NCBI GenBank assembly: GCA_963796685.1
Contig: CAWCMR010000009.1
Location: 320,001 to 384,000, forward strand
Length of the DNA: 64,000 bases
DNA from: an uncultured delta proteobacterium
GTDB lineage: Bacteria > Myxococcota_A > Polyangia > Fen-1088
Reading direction: 5' to 3'
Numbering within the stretch: position 1 is the first letter of the stretch; each line of letters begins with the position of its first letter. Both the position numbers and the translations under genes were made by a program. Below, in pieces: positions 21,163 to 32,005 of the stretch. The notes below the pieces were generated by a model. That model saw nothing but the letters and a program-made list of their open reading frames with translations. It did no database searches and had not been told where the DNA came from.

Positions 21163-23376
21163 ATGGTGAGCCCCATGGCGATGCGCCCTCTGCCAGGAAC
21201 CGAAGCCCATCCCCTGGCGCTCCAGGCGAGTCTCGATGCAGCGTTGGCGTCCCGGTTCGGACAGAGCCCGCGCACGCGCCATCTGGGAAACAATGGCATG
21301 CCGCTTTTCACCAATCGGCTGGCGCTGGAAAGCAGCCCCTACCTGCTTCAGCACGCCCACAATCCCGTGAACTGGTTTCCATGGGGCGACGAGGCCTTCG
21401 CCGAGGCGCGCCACCGGAATCGGCCGGTCTTTCTCTCCATCGGCTATTCCACGTGCCACTGGTGCCACGTCATGGAGGAGGAGTCCTTCGAAGACGAAAC
21501 CATCGCGGCGTTCCTCAACGCGCACTACGTCGCCATCAAGGTCGACCGCGAGGAGCGCCCCGACGTGGACGCCGTGTACATGCGGGCGGCCCAGCAACTG
21601 ACCGGGTCAGGGGGATGGCCGCTTTCGGTTTGGCTGAACGCCGAGCGCGAGCCCTTCTTCGTCGGCACCTATTTCCCGCCCTTCGCGGGCAGGCGCGGCG
21701 CGGGTCATGGATTCATGGATCTTCTCATCGAGCTCGTGCGCCTGTTCGACGAGGATCCCGCGCGGGTGGGCGAGGCGGCGCGGGCGCTGGCGGGCGCCGT
21801 GCGTGCCGACATGGAGATGACCACGAGCCAGCCGGGTGCCGACGGAGCGGCCACGCCAACCAGGCCCGATGTCGCGCTGATCGCCGCCGCGGTCGGGCAG
21901 TGCGCGCGAGCCTTCGACGACGACAACGGGGGCCTGCGTGTGGCGCAGAAGTTCCCATCCCACGTTCCCATCCGGCTGCTCCTGCGCCATCACCGGCGCA
22001 CCGGTGACGTCAACGCCCTACACATGGCGGTGCACACCCTCGAGCGCATGGCCGCGGGCGGGATCTACGACCACCTGGTGGGCGGCTTTCATCGCTATTC
22101 CACCGACCCGCGCTGGCTCGTGCCCCACTTCGAGAAGATGCTCTACGACAATGCCCTGCTGGTGGTGGCCTACGCCGAGGCCTGGCAGGCGACCAAGCAG
22201 CCGACCTTCGCGCGCGTGGTGCGCGAAACCTGTGACGAGCTTCTCGCGACCTTCGCCTCGCCCGAGGGAGGCTTCTACTCGGCCACCGATGCCGATTCGG
22301 AGGGCGAAGAAGGCAAGTACTTCGTCTGGTCCGAGGAAGAAATCCGAGGGGTGTTGGGATCGGGTGGCGACAGCGAGTTGTTCCTGCACCATTACGGCAT
22401 CACCAAGAGGGGGAACTTCGACAGTGGCAACATCCTCTTCGAACCGCAACCCGACGAGAAAACCGCGCGAGCCCTGGCTCCGGCCCGGGCCAAGCTGGCC
22501 GAGGTGCGCAAACGCCGCGTCCCGCCTCTGCGCGACGAGAAGATCGTGACGGCGTGGAACGGTCTGGCCATCGGCGCATTCGCCGTGGCCGGCCGGGTGA
22601 TGGGCGAGCGCCGCTACCTCGACGCGGCGACGAGCGCGGCAGCGTTCCTCATCTCGCACTTGCGCGAGACCGAGACCGGCCGGCTCGCCCGCAGCTACCG
22701 CGACGGCCGATTGGGAGTTGCGGGATTCCTGGACGACCATGCCTTCACCGCCGCGGGTCTGCTCGATCTCTTCGAGAGCACGGGCGAGCCGCGCTGGCTC
22801 GACGAGGCCTACCGTCTCATCGAGGAGACCGGGTCGCTGTTCGCCGACCCGGCGCGAGGCGGCTGGCTCATGACCAGCCGGGAGCACGAGCGTTTGCTGG
22901 CCCGCGAGCGCCCGCTCTTCGATGGAGCCGAGCCCGCGGGCAGCTCGGTGGCGCTCATGAACGTGGCTCGACTGGCCACGTTCACCGACGACGAGTGCTG
23001 GCGGCGCGCTGCCGAGAGGGGCCTTGAATTCTATCTACCGCTCATGCGGGAGCGCCCCTTGTCCATGACCGAGGCACTCTTGGCAGTGGACTTTCTGGCC
23101 GGGCCGACGCGGGAAATCGTGCTTGCCCTGCCAGGTCAGGATCCAGCCGCCGAGCTGCCGTTGCACAAGGTCTTGGCCGAGACGTTCAATCCCCGCAAGG
23201 CATTGGTCGCGGGCATCCCGGGGTCGCCCCCTTGGCGCGAGCTCGAAAGCCGTATTCCTTGGCTCGGGGACAAGACTCTTCAGGCCGGCAAGGCCACGGC
23301 CTACGTCTGCACCAAGGGCGTGTGTCAACTACCGACGACCGAACCGGAGGTTCTCGCCGAGCAGCTCGGCACCTGA
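21163..23376 (+). CDS. YyaL/SPATA20-like thioredoxin-domain protein (DUF255 plus alpha/alpha barrel)
   Basis: [52 protein letters not shown] and DADSEGEEG. Exact start uncertain. Confidence 0.92.
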   Translation: MVSPMAMRPLPGTEAHPLALQASLDAALASRFGQSPRTRHLGNNGMPLFTNRLALESSPYLLQHAHNPVNWFPWGDEAFAEARHRNRPVFLSIGYSTCHWCHVMEEESFEDETIAAFLNAHYVAIKVDREERPDVDAVYMRAAQQLTGSGGWPLSVWLNAEREPFFVGTYFPPFAGRRGAGHGFMDLLIELVRLFDEDPARVGEAARALAGAVRADMEMTTSQPGADGAATPTRPDVALIAAAVGQCARAFDDDNGGLRVAQKFPSHVPIRLLLRHHRRTGDVNALHMAVHTLERMAAGGIYDHLVGGFHRYSTDPRWLVPHFEKMLYDNALLVVAYAEAWQATKQPTFARVVRETCDELLATFASPEGGFYSATDADSEGEEGKYFVWSEEEIRGVLGSGGDSELFLHHYGITKRGNFDSGNILFEPQPDEKTARALAPARAKLAEVRKRRVPPLRDEKIVTAWNGLAIGAFAVAGRVMGERRYLDAATSAAAFLISHLRETETGRLARSYRDGRLGVAGFLDDHAFTAAGLLDLFESTGEPRWLDEAYRLIEETGSLFADPARGGWLMTSREHERLLARERPLFDGAEPAGSSVALMNVARLATFTDDECWRRAAERGLEFYLPLMRERPLSMTEALLAVDFLAGPTREIVLALPGQDPAAELPLHKVLAETFNPRKALVAGIPGSPPWRELESRIPWLGDKTLQAGKATAYVCTKGVCQLPTTEPEVLAEQLGT

Positions 23377-23402
23377 TGGGTGATAGGCGCCCCGTGCCCA
23401 AG

Positions 23403-23441
23403 AAAAGGGCCCGGCCTCTCTTGTACGGAGAGACCGAGCCC
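23403..23441 (-). terminator. Intrinsic terminator downstream of amt
   Basis: Minus strand: GGGCTCGGTCTCTC-loop-GAGAGGCCGGGCCC followed by TTTTCTT. Confidence 0.75.
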
Positions 23442-23461
23442 AGGCAGACGAGAGGGTTAGA

Positions 23462-25117
23462 CTAATTGTGCTTCGTGGACATGACGAAGTCGGGATAGGC
23501 AGGCACGCCGGTCTCGGGAACGTCCAGCCCTTCGTTCTCGACCTCGGCCGAGACCCGGTTCGAGCCCAGGATCTTTCCGATGATCCAGAACACCAGGCCA
23601 CCCACGATGACATTCCACGCGATGCAAACCACGACTTCGATGACCTGAGCAATGAGTTGCTTGCTATCGCCGTAGAACAGGCCCGTGACTCCCTTGAGCG
23701 CGGCCCCGGTCGTTCCCAGGTACTCCGTGGCGCCCACGCCATTCCAACCCGTGCCATAGGTTCCGTCGGAAAACAAGCCGACCGCGAGAACGCCCCAGGC
23801 GCCATTCACGCCGTGCACGCTGATGGCGCCCACGGGATCGTCGATGCCGATCTTCTCCCAGAAGAACACGCTGAGGACAACGAGGATTCCCGCGATCGCG
23901 CCGATGATGAAGGCGCCCACGGGGCTGACGAAGGCGCAGGGTGCCGTGATGGCCACCAGCCCCGCCAACATGCCGTTGCACATCATGCTGGGGTCCGGTT
24001 TGCCGTACTTGAACCACATGTAGAGCGTGGCGCTGAGCGTGGCCGACATGCCCGCGATCATCGTATTCGTGGCGATGATGCCGATGCGTCCATCGGAGCC
24101 GGCCAGGGAGCTACCCGCGTTGAAGCCGAACCATCCGAAGGCCAGGATGAAGGTTCCAACCATGACCATGGGGATGTTGTGGCCCAGGATGGGCTTGGGC
24201 TTGCCGTGCTCGTCGTACTTGCCGATGCGAGGTCCAATCAAGTAGGCGGTAATGAAGGCCAACGCTCCACCTTGCAAGTGCACGACGCCGGAGCCGGCGT
24301 AGTCGACGGAGCCGTGCCCCAGGCCGAGTCGGTAGCCGAGCTGGGCCAGCCATCCCCCTCCCCACACCCAAGCGCCGAAGATCGGATAGATGAAGGCCCC
24401 GATGGCGATGCTGAAGATGAAGAAGCTCTTCAGGCTCCAGCGTTCCGCGCACGCCCCCGTCACGATTGTCGCCGTGGTGTCCATGAACACCATCATGAAC
24501 AAGAAGAGCACGATCGCGGCCGCGTCGTAGCTGCCTCCGGTCAGGAAGAATCCGGACGTGCCGAACAGACCCCATCCATGGTCGCCATTCATGGCGGATC
24601 CGATGGTGAACATGTGGTTGAGAGTTGGAGTTCCCCCCAAACTGACAGGCCCACCGATGGCTGTGCCGTTCAGGCCGCCGCACATCAGGGCAAAGCCGCA
24701 GACGAAGAAACCGAACAATCCGAGCCCGTACACCAGGAAGTTCATGGTGAAGGTGTGTCCGGCGTTCTTCGCCCGTATGAGCCCGGTTTCCACGAAGGCG
24801 AACCCGGCTTGCATGAACATGACGAGGAATCCCGCGATCAGCGTCCACACGAAATTGATCGAGAAGATCCCGTGCGAAGCCGACTGCGCCACGGCATCGA
24901 CCGCGACGGCGAGATCCTTCGTGGTCGCCTTCTCCGGATCGGGCTTGGTGTAGCCGGGCACGGAAGTCGCGTTGGGCACGGACTGAAAGGCTCCGGTCCG
25001 GTCGGGCGCCGGCTCATCGGCACGCGTGGGGGTGCCGATGAACGTCGCCACTGCCATGGCGGCGATGATCGCGACTCCAATGAGACGGTGTTTTCTGTGC
25101 GGAACTGATCGGGTCAT
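23462..25117 (-). CDS. amtB: Ammonium transporter
   Basis: LVMFMQAGF, DYAGSGVVH, FGWFGFNAGS, LAGLVAIT and IDDPVGAISVHG (twin His). N-terminal signal peptide. Confidence 0.96.
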   Translation of the reverse strand: MTRSVPHRKHRLIGVAIIAAMAVATFIGTPTRADEPAPDRTGAFQSVPNATSVPGYTKPDPEKATTKDLAVAVDAVAQSASHGIFSINFVWTLIAGFLVMFMQAGFAFVETGLIRAKNAGHTFTMNFLVYGLGLFGFFVCGFALMCGGLNGTAIGGPVSLGGTPTLNHMFTIGSAMNGDHGWGLFGTSGFFLTGGSYDAAAIVLFLFMMVFMDTTATIVTGACAERWSLKSFFIFSIAIGAFIYPIFGAWVWGGGWLAQLGYRLGLGHGSVDYAGSGVVHLQGGALAFITAYLIGPRIGKYDEHGKPKPILGHNIPMVMVGTFILAFGWFGFNAGSSLAGSDGRIGIIATNTMIAGMSATLSATLYMWFKYGKPDPSMMCNGMLAGLVAITAPCAFVSPVGAFIIGAIAGILVVLSVFFWEKIGIDDPVGAISVHGVNGAWGVLAVGLFSDGTYGTGWNGVGATEYLGTTGAALKGVTGLFYGDSKQLIAQVIEVVVCIAWNVIVGGLVFWIIGKILGSNRVSAEVENEGLDVPETGVPAYPDFVMSTKHN

Positions 25118-25154
25118 GCTTTCACCTCTTTATCCATTCTTGTGTTGTTCACTG

Positions 25155-25361
25155 CTAATTGATGACGCAGGACGTGCGCGCCTGAATCTTTCTTCTCAGG
25201 CGATTGGCCCACATGGCGCCGAAGAAGGCGCTGATCTCCATGGAAAGGACGAACATCGCCGTCGGGATCCACAGATGGTTGCTGGAGCGATACACCATCC
25301 AACCCACTAGACCGGTGACCAGTTGGACTGCCAGGAAGGTTCTTTTGTAGTAATCCCACAT
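25155..25361 (-). CDS. Small two-TM membrane protein (68 aa) between glnK and amt
   Basis: ATG follows purine-rich GAGAAAAGAG. Two hydrophobic segments and a basic tail. Fills the gap between glnK and amt on the same strand. Confidence 0.7.
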   Translation of the reverse strand: MWDYYKRTFLAVQLVTGLVGWMVYRSSNHLWIPTAMFVLSMEISAFFGAMWANRLRRKIQARTSCVIN

Positions 25362-25391
25362 GCTCTTTTCTCGATGTTGGAGGTTGCGTTC

Positions 25392-25772
<381 letters not shown>

Positions 25773-25848
25773 TCAGACGGTGATGGCAGGGGAATTTCGG
25801 ACCGATAAAACATTTGTTAATCTGAATGAACAACCCGGCAACAATTGC

Positions 25849-25865
25849 CGCCATCGTTGTGCCAA
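25849..25865 (-). promoter_or_regulatory. Putative sigma54 (-24/-12) promoter of the glnK-orf-amt operon
   Basis: Minus strand TTGGCACAACGATGGCG is GG-N10-GC with TGGCAC, followed by an AT-rich leader. Confidence 0.65.
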
Positions 25866-25969
25866 GACGTAAACTCAAAAGTTACGACCTGGAAACCATC
25901 GGGCAACCGCCTGGAAGAACCTTCCTGCTAGAGTGCATAAATCAGCTCACGCGTCCCCTGAGAACCTGA

Positions 25970-27226
25970 ATGCAGACCCATTTCCATGTTCCCTTCTACG
26001 CCGTTCTTCCTTTCGCCCTGATTCTGACTGGAATCGCGATTCTGCCCTTGGCGGTTCCGAGCTTCTGGGATCACAATCGAAACAAAGGGTTCTTCGCGGC
26101 CGTATTGGCGGCGCCTGTTGGGCTCTGGCTGCTCCTGGCGAATCCTGCCTTGCTCGCTCACACGGCCCACGAGTACGTTTCATTCATCTGTCTACTGGGT
26201 TCCCTGTTCATCGTCGCCGGTGGGATCCACTTGGGGGGAGACCTGCGGGCGTCTCCGCGCAACAACGCCATCATCCTGGCGCTCGGTGCCGTGATGGCCA
26301 GCTTGCTCGGCACCACCGGCGCCAGCATGCTGCTCATCCGACTCGTCTTGCGCACCAACTCCGAGCGCCGCCACACCGGCCACATCCCTTTCTTCTTCAT
26401 TCTGCTCGTGTCCAACGCCGGCGGATTGTTGACCCCGCTCGGCGATCCACCGCTGTTCCTCGGCTTCCTGCGCGGGGTGCCCTTCACCTGGACCCTACGT
26501 TTGTTCCCCATTTGGTTGCTGACATCGGGCTATTTGCTGGTTCTCTTCTACGTCGTCGACCGACGGGCTTACCGAAAGGAAACCGTCCAGGATCTGGCCA
26601 AGGACGAGACCCAGATCGTTCCTTTGAGCATCGAGGGAACCCTGAACTTGCTCTGGTTGTTGCTCATCATTCTTTCAGTCTTTCTCCCATCGCCCGTGCG
26701 CGAGGGGGTCATGGTGCTTGCCGCACTGGGCTCGCTCACGCTCGGAGGCAAGAGAGGCCGCAGCAAGAACAACTTCGCGTTTGCGCCGATCGCCGAGGTG
26801 GCGATCTTGTTCGCCGGCATCTTCGCGACCATGGCGCCGGCGTTGATTCTGCTCGAAGAGAAGGGCCCCGCCTTGGGACTGGTGGCCCCGTGGCACTTCT
26901 TCCTCGTTTCGGGCGCGCTCTCCAGCGTGCTCGACAATGCCCCGACCTACCTGACCTTCTTGACGGCCGCACAAAGCACCGCCAGCGCCCTGGGCCTGTC
27001 GGTTGGCGTTGCCGCCGTTCCGGCGAGCTTCCTGGCGGCGGTGAGCGCCGGGTCGGTTTTGATGGGCGCCAACACGTACATCGGAAACGGCCCCAACTTC
27101 ATGGTCAAGTCCATCGCCGATTCCTCGGGCTACCGCATGCCGAGCTTCGCTCGCTACGCCATCATGGCCACCTTCGTGCTCTCGCCCGTTTACCTGGCAA
27201 CGGCCTTGCTGGTGGGCAGGTACTGA
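25970..27226 (+). CDS. IT-superfamily secondary transporter (putative Na+/H+ antiporter or CitMHS_2-type)
   Basis: GTTGASMLLIR, SNAGGLLTPLGDPPLFLGFL, SSVLDNAPTY and MGANTYIGNGPNFMV; many TM helices. Confidence 0.85.
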   Translation: MQTHFHVPFYAVLPFALILTGIAILPLAVPSFWDHNRNKGFFAAVLAAPVGLWLLLANPALLAHTAHEYVSFICLLGSLFIVAGGIHLGGDLRASPRNNAIILALGAVMASLLGTTGASMLLIRLVLRTNSERRHTGHIPFFFILLVSNAGGLLTPLGDPPLFLGFLRGVPFTWTLRLFPIWLLTSGYLLVLFYVVDRRAYRKETVQDLAKDETQIVPLSIEGTLNLLWLLLIILSVFLPSPVREGVMVLAALGSLTLGGKRGRSKNNFAFAPIAEVAILFAGIFATMAPALILLEEKGPALGLVAPWHFFLVSGALSSVLDNAPTYLTFLTAAQSTASALGLSVGVAAVPASFLAAVSAGSVLMGANTYIGNGPNFMVKSIADSSGYRMPSFARYAIMATFVLSPVYLATALLVGRY

Positions 27227-27311
27227 CAGGTCCAGAGGGCGAACGTCGACGATTCGATTTTCCCTCGCCTCGGGCCTTGCCGCGAAGTCGAAGCAGGGAC
27301 AACCTAGCCCC

Positions 27312-28010
27312 ATGAGCAGGACGGGCAGGCAGAAATCAGACATCCGGAAAAGGGCACCCCTGTTTCTCGTCGATTCGTTCGCGCTCGGGGTCGCCTGCCT
27401 GGTCCTCGGTGCGTGCACCAGCGCGGGTCCGGTCATCCCCGACACCAGAAATAGAATTCCGCCCCCGGGTGCACGCGAAGGCGCGGACCCGAACGACGTG
27501 TTCATGCGCAAGCCGTGGGAGATCTGGCAAGTGCCGGGGGGCACGGCGCGCTACCATCGGGAGGCCTTCATGCTCCTGCCCGACCATGCCGACTGGTTCG
27601 AGGTCGCCAATGTCGCGGTCAACGCGGCGGATGGAAGCGATGTTCGCCTCGACTATGTTTCGATCGAGCTTGGCGGCAGCGCGCAGTCGCACGAGTCGAT
27701 CAGCGTCTTCGTCTACCGTGCGCCTGGCGATCTCGACAGCGAGTGGAACGCGATCGTGAACCGGGCGCGGCGCCAGCACCCCACCGGCAAGCCCGGCGAG
27801 CCCTTCCCGCTACCCGACAAGCATCCGCCGACCACCAAGCAAATCGCCTTCGTCGAGCCCGGCCCGGGAGAAGACTCCTTCGTGCAAGTGTCGCTGTTTC
27901 ACCAAGGCGATTGGGCGATTCGCTACGAGATAACCTGTCCGCTTACGGACGCCACGAAGGCGCGCGACATCACCCGGTCGTTCCTGGCCTCGCTGCGCGC
28001 CCGGCAATAA
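27312..28010 (+). CDS. Hypothetical lipoprotein
   Basis: Lipobox LGAC after a hydrophobic stretch; host-like codon usage. Confidence 0.7.
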   Translation: MSRTGRQKSDIRKRAPLFLVDSFALGVACLVLGACTSAGPVIPDTRNRIPPPGAREGADPNDVFMRKPWEIWQVPGGTARYHREAFMLLPDHADWFEVANVAVNAADGSDVRLDYVSIELGGSAQSHESISVFVYRAPGDLDSEWNAIVNRARRQHPTGKPGEPFPLPDKHPPTTKQIAFVEPGPGEDSFVQVSLFHQGDWAIRYEITCPLTDATKARDITRSFLASLRARQ

Positions 28011-28012
28011 CG

Positions 28013-29173
28013 CTATGGGATGGTATACGGGGGTATGTAGTTTGGGCAACCGAAGACGATCTGCACGGTGGTCGCCTGGCTGGCCAGCACCGAGTCGCAC
28101 AGGGTTCCGGTGAGCACGATGTCCGATGGGGTCGCCCCGAAGGTCCAGCCGTTGGGGTCGTTCTGGGTGACGAGGGTCTTGTCGACGTAGACGATTACCT
28201 GCGAAGCGTCGGGCGGCGGCCCGGGCGTCTGGAAGTTGCAGGTCAGGGCGACGATCTTGGAAATCTTGTCGAGCGCGCTGGTGAGGTCCTGGGGCGAGGT
28301 CGCCGGGTAGTAGTTGGTGGTGCCGCCCGCCTGCGCCATGCTGTCCAGGTTGGTGACGCTTGGTCCAATACCGACCACGTAGACCGGGAACCCGAACGAG
28401 GCCGCCGACCGGATGGCGGCAACCGTGTTGGGCAAGTCGCTGGTGGTGCTCGACTGGTTGCTGCCGCAGTTCGGCTCGCCGTCGGTCGCCAGCAGAATGG
28501 CCTTGGGGTTTCCGTCGTTGACCGTCTGCAGATACAAGCTGGCGGCGTTGATGGCCGACGCCGTTGGCGTGTAGCTGCCGGGCGACGCGGCGGCAATCTG
28601 GGTCTGCACGTCAGCCGCCGATCCCGACGAAATCTCGACTTGCGGAAGCATGGACACCGCGCAGTTTCCCCCACTGGCCGTGGGCGCGGCGAAGAGCTCG
28701 AGCCCCCAGTTGATGCTGGGGTTGGCGGTGACCGTCTGCGAGACCGCGCCCTTGACGGCGGTCCAGCGATCCGTGCAGCCGGCCGCGTTCGGGCATACCT
28801 GCCCCTGGCCCGTGCCGCCCGCGCCGATGCTGCAGTAGCAGTCCCCGGAGATGCTGTAGCTCATCGAAGCCGAGCGGTCGAGCACGATGAGGATGTCCGC
28901 GGGCGCCCGGTTGGGCGTGATCGTGGTGGTGCCGCAGGTTCCATCGGCGCTTCCGGTGGTGCCCGAGGTGCCCCCGCCGCTCGTATCACCGCCCGTCCCC
29001 GACACGCCGCCCTCGGAGGTCACATTGATGGTAACGCCACCCGCGCCGCCACTGCCGGTGGCACCGCTCCCGGTTCCCACCTGTCCGGGAGAGCTGCAGC
29101 CCCACGACGAGAGCCCGACGCCCAGGGACGCGAGCACTCCGGCGATCACTCTACCGACTGAAATCATCCTCAT
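28013..29173 (-). CDS. vWA-domain lipoprotein (CglB-like myxobacterial family)
   Basis: Lipobox-like SWGC and Gly/Thr linker; MIDAS elements VLDRSASM, TPT and LATDGEPNC. Confidence 0.85.
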   Translation of the reverse strand: MRMISVGRVIAGVLASLGVGLSSWGCSSPGQVGTGSGATGSGGAGGVTINVTSEGGVSGTGGDTSGGGTSGTTGSADGTCGTTTITPNRAPADILIVLDRSASMSYSISGDCYCSIGAGGTGQGQVCPNAAGCTDRWTAVKGAVSQTVTANPSINWGLELFAAPTASGGNCAVSMLPQVEISSGSAADVQTQIAAASPGSYTPTASAINAASLYLQTVNDGNPKAILLATDGEPNCGSNQSSTTSDLPNTVAAIRSAASFGFPVYVVGIGPSVTNLDSMAQAGGTTNYYPATSPQDLTSALDKISKIVALTCNFQTPGPPPDASQVIVYVDKTLVTQNDPNGWTFGATPSDIVLTGTLCDSVLASQATTVQIVFGCPNYIPPYTIP

Positions 29174-29379
29174 GATGTCTCCTTACCAGGTTGGGCGAAC
29201 GCGGGACGACGACGCCTACTACTCTAAAGGCAATCGCGATCACCCGCGAGCGGGAACCGCGAACGGCCTTGGCCAGTGGTCTGCCCAACTTGGTTGGGGG
29301 CAAACCCTCATCATTTTCGATGCGAACATCTCGCCTTCGCTTCTCTTCCTGCGCCGCGCCGATTCGCCCACATCACCCC

Positions 29380-30192
29380 TCATCGGTCCACATCTTGCCC
29401 ATGTCGCAACAAGGCCTGGGCGTTCCGGCCGAGAATCCTTGCCTCGCGCTCCGAGCCCAGGTCGAGCGAGCGGAGAAGCGCAAGGGTTTCGGACTGACTC
29501 GACCAGGGCGAGTCGCTGCCGAACAGAGCTCGGTCCGCCGGGTGGGCCAACAGCATGGCTCGCGCCCGCTCGCGTCCGAGAAGCTCGAGGCTCAAGGAGA
29601 TGTCCATGGTGACGGGCTTGCCGAGCAAGTGCCGCTCCACCTCGTCCCAGTCATCCCATGCCCCCATATGACTCGTGACGAGGCGAAGGCCGGGGACACG
29701 CTCCAAGACGCGGAGAATGCGGACCGGATCCGCGCGACGCTGACGAGGAAAGGCAAAGTCGAAGCCGGTGTGGCAGACAAGCAGCAGACCGAGCCGATCG
29801 AGGGCGCGGTAGAGCGGGAACAACGCCTCGTCGTCCATGTCGAAGTCTTGGTAGTAGGGATGAAGCTTGATGCCGCGCAGGCCGGCTTCCGCCACTTGTT
29901 GCGCTTGCCCGGCAGGATCCGGTCCCCTGGGATGGATCGACGCCAAGGGTACGATGCGCTCGGAGGCGATGGCTTTGGACCACTTCAAGATGGGCTCGAA
30001 TTGCTCCGGTTTGGTGGCGATCGAGCAGATGACCGCGGTTCGGATTCCCGCCTTGTCCATCGAAGCCAGCAACGAGGACACGGTCCCGTCGAGAAAAGCC
30101 TTCACCCCCCCACCGTGCTCGAGCTGGCTGATGGCCCGCGCCGCGATGGCCTCCGGAAAGGCGTGGGCGTGAAAGTCGATGATGTCGTCCAT
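29380..30192 (-). CDS. Amidohydrolase-family (TIM-barrel) metal-dependent hydrolase
   Basis: IDFHAH, GIKLHP, HTG, SHMG and LFGSDSPW. Confidence 0.88.
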   Translation of the reverse strand: MDDIIDFHAHAFPEAIAARAISQLEHGGGVKAFLDGTVSSLLASMDKAGIRTAVICSIATKPEQFEPILKWSKAIASERIVPLASIHPRGPDPAGQAQQVAEAGLRGIKLHPYYQDFDMDDEALFPLYRALDRLGLLLVCHTGFDFAFPRQRRADPVRILRVLERVPGLRLVTSHMGAWDDWDEVERHLLGKPVTMDISLSLELLGRERARAMLLAHPADRALFGSDSPWSSQSETLALLRSLDLGSEREARILGRNAQALLRHGQDVDR

Positions 30193-30275
30193 GGCGATCC
30201 CTGCGGCATTCAAGTAGAGCAGGACCGCCCCCCGCCGTCCACTGCCAGCAGCCTAATCCCGAGCTAGCCGCAGAA

Positions 30276-30350
30276 GGTCGTGGCCGTGGCCGGTTGTATT
30301 TCCGTCGGCCACGACCACGGCCACGGTAAGCCGTCTACGTCCACAACCAC
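30276..30350. repeat. Intergenic hexamer (GTGGCC/GTCGTG versus CACGAC/CACGGC) inverted-repeat element
   Basis: ggtcgtggccgtggccg...cggccacgaccacggccacg...ctacgtccacaaccac. Confidence 0.6.
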
Positions 30351-30397
30351 CCGTCATCGCTCCGATTGGGTTCGTGCGTCCGCCGCGGAAAGGTGTC

Positions 30398-31930
30398 TCA
30401 ACGGCGCTGGTAGGCGACAATCTCCGACTGGGGACAGTCGCAAATCGTCAGATGGGCGGTCGAGGTGCGGTGGACGACTTGCCACGCGGGATTGTCGCGC
30501 AGGGACGGCAGCCACCCGGGGAACGTGGACAGAATGCGCAGACCGGCCATCTCGCGTTCGCGCGCCGGCTCATGGTGCAGGTGCCGGTGATCGTTGAGCC
30601 CGACCAGGTCAACGATGCGACGATGGGAAAAATAGCGGGCCGCTCCCGCGTCGGTTGCACCGATGGTTTCGTCCTCCGGCGTGTTGTCGCGCAACCATTT
30701 GGCCATAGCCACGTCCAACTCCTCGATGTTCTGACAGTTCCAGGCGAACAGGTCGGCGCTTCGATGCACGGCCGCGGGCAAGTCGAGGATCGAGCCCAGC
30801 ACCAGGATCGGGACGCCGATGGCATACGCCGGCGCCCACGCGCGCTGCCGTGCCCGCCACGCCCACGCGATGGCGGTGACGGCTCCGACCGCGAGCGCGA
30901 CGAGCAGAAGCGCGTGCGCGGGCAGAAGGTAGCGCTGCCAATAGAAGGGCAGCGGCTCGGCGAGGAGCCGCGAGGCCGCGACCGCGAAGAAGAGCAGCAC
31001 CGGAAGCGCGGCGAGGAGCCCCGCCACCAGGCCGCGGCGAAAGAGCACGACGGCCCCGATTCCCCACAACGCGACGCCGGCCCCGCGCGCAAACCACGGC
31101 CATGACGGCAGCACCACGGTGAAGATGGCCTCCAGGTTGTGCGCGAAGAAGTCCTGCCGGCTCGAGAATTTCGCGTAGAACGTGCTCGGCAGGGGGTAGC
31201 CGGACACGAGCAAGCAGTAGAGCATCCATCCGCCGACCAGCACGATGGTGGGCGTCAGGACCAGCAGCCGCGCGCGTGCCGAAGCACGCGCCTGGTGGAA
31301 GCGCCATTCGATGATGGCGAGTACCAGCAAGGTCAACAAGGCCAGCTCGGGTCTGGCCAGGGGCGCCAGCGCCGCCGAAAGAGCGGCCAAGTGGTAGGAG
31401 TCGGCCGTGAGATCGCCGAGCGCCCACAGCGCGAGCGCGGCAGCGAGCATGACCTCCATGCCCGAGACCTGGGCGAAGGCCAGGGCAGGATCTGCCGCGA
31501 TGGCGAGGCCGGCGGTCAGCTCGGCGGCCAACCCGAATTTCAACCCGCGCAGCAGACGGGCGGCGCCAAGACTTGCCCACACCGCCGTCAACACGCCCGT
31601 GAGCTTGGCCGGGAGCACGACGCCGATGCCGAAGAGCCGCGCGGCCCAGCTCGCCGGCACGAGAAGCACCGCCCACAGCGGGCTCGTCGAGCCGGTCTCG
31701 AGCTGTCCGGGGTTGTAAGCGAAACCGTGCAGGGCGGCCAGGCTGCGCGCGTAGACCAGGTGAATCCAGGCGTCGTCGAGCGGCAGCCCCGCGAGCGCGG
31801 CGGCGGTCCCCGGCGCGCGATCGAGCACAAAGTAGAGAGCCATCGCCAGGTGCGCGACGAGAAAAATCAGCGCCAGCTTCACGAGCGACATGAAAGGCTC
31901 ACTCCGCGCATGCGTCCGCGCTTCTACCAT
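30398..31930 (-). CDS. Polytopic membrane protein, putative GT-C glycosyltransferase
   Basis: LDDAWIHLVYARSL, GSTSPLW, SGMEV, RPE, PSTFYAK and DAGAARYFS...IVDLVGLN. Confidence 0.7.
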   Translation of the reverse strand: MVEARTHARSEPFMSLVKLALIFLVAHLAMALYFVLDRAPGTAAALAGLPLDDAWIHLVYARSLAALHGFAYNPGQLETGSTSPLWAVLLVPASWAARLFGIGVVLPAKLTGVLTAVWASLGAARLLRGLKFGLAAELTAGLAIAADPALAFAQVSGMEVMLAAALALWALGDLTADSYHLAALSAALAPLARPELALLTLLVLAIIEWRFHQARASARARLLVLTPTIVLVGGWMLYCLLVSGYPLPSTFYAKFSSRQDFFAHNLEAIFTVVLPSWPWFARGAGVALWGIGAVVLFRRGLVAGLLAALPVLLFFAVAASRLLAEPLPFYWQRYLLPAHALLLVALAVGAVTAIAWAWRARQRAWAPAYAIGVPILVLGSILDLPAAVHRSADLFAWNCQNIEELDVAMAKWLRDNTPEDETIGATDAGAARYFSHRRIVDLVGLNDHRHLHHEPAREREMAGLRILSTFPGWLPSLRDNPAWQVVHRTSTAHLTICDCPQSEIVAYQRR

Positions 31931-32005
31931 GCGGGCGCGGATCCGGGTTGATCAGCCCGCCGTCCCGATCCGAGGCCGAGCCGCAGCCGCCGGCTCGAAA
32001 TGAGG

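Noticed and set aside
25913-25925. GGAA...TTCC as an NrpR operator
   Set aside because: The spacer is 5 nt rather than the 6 nt of the known consensus, and only one copy is present.
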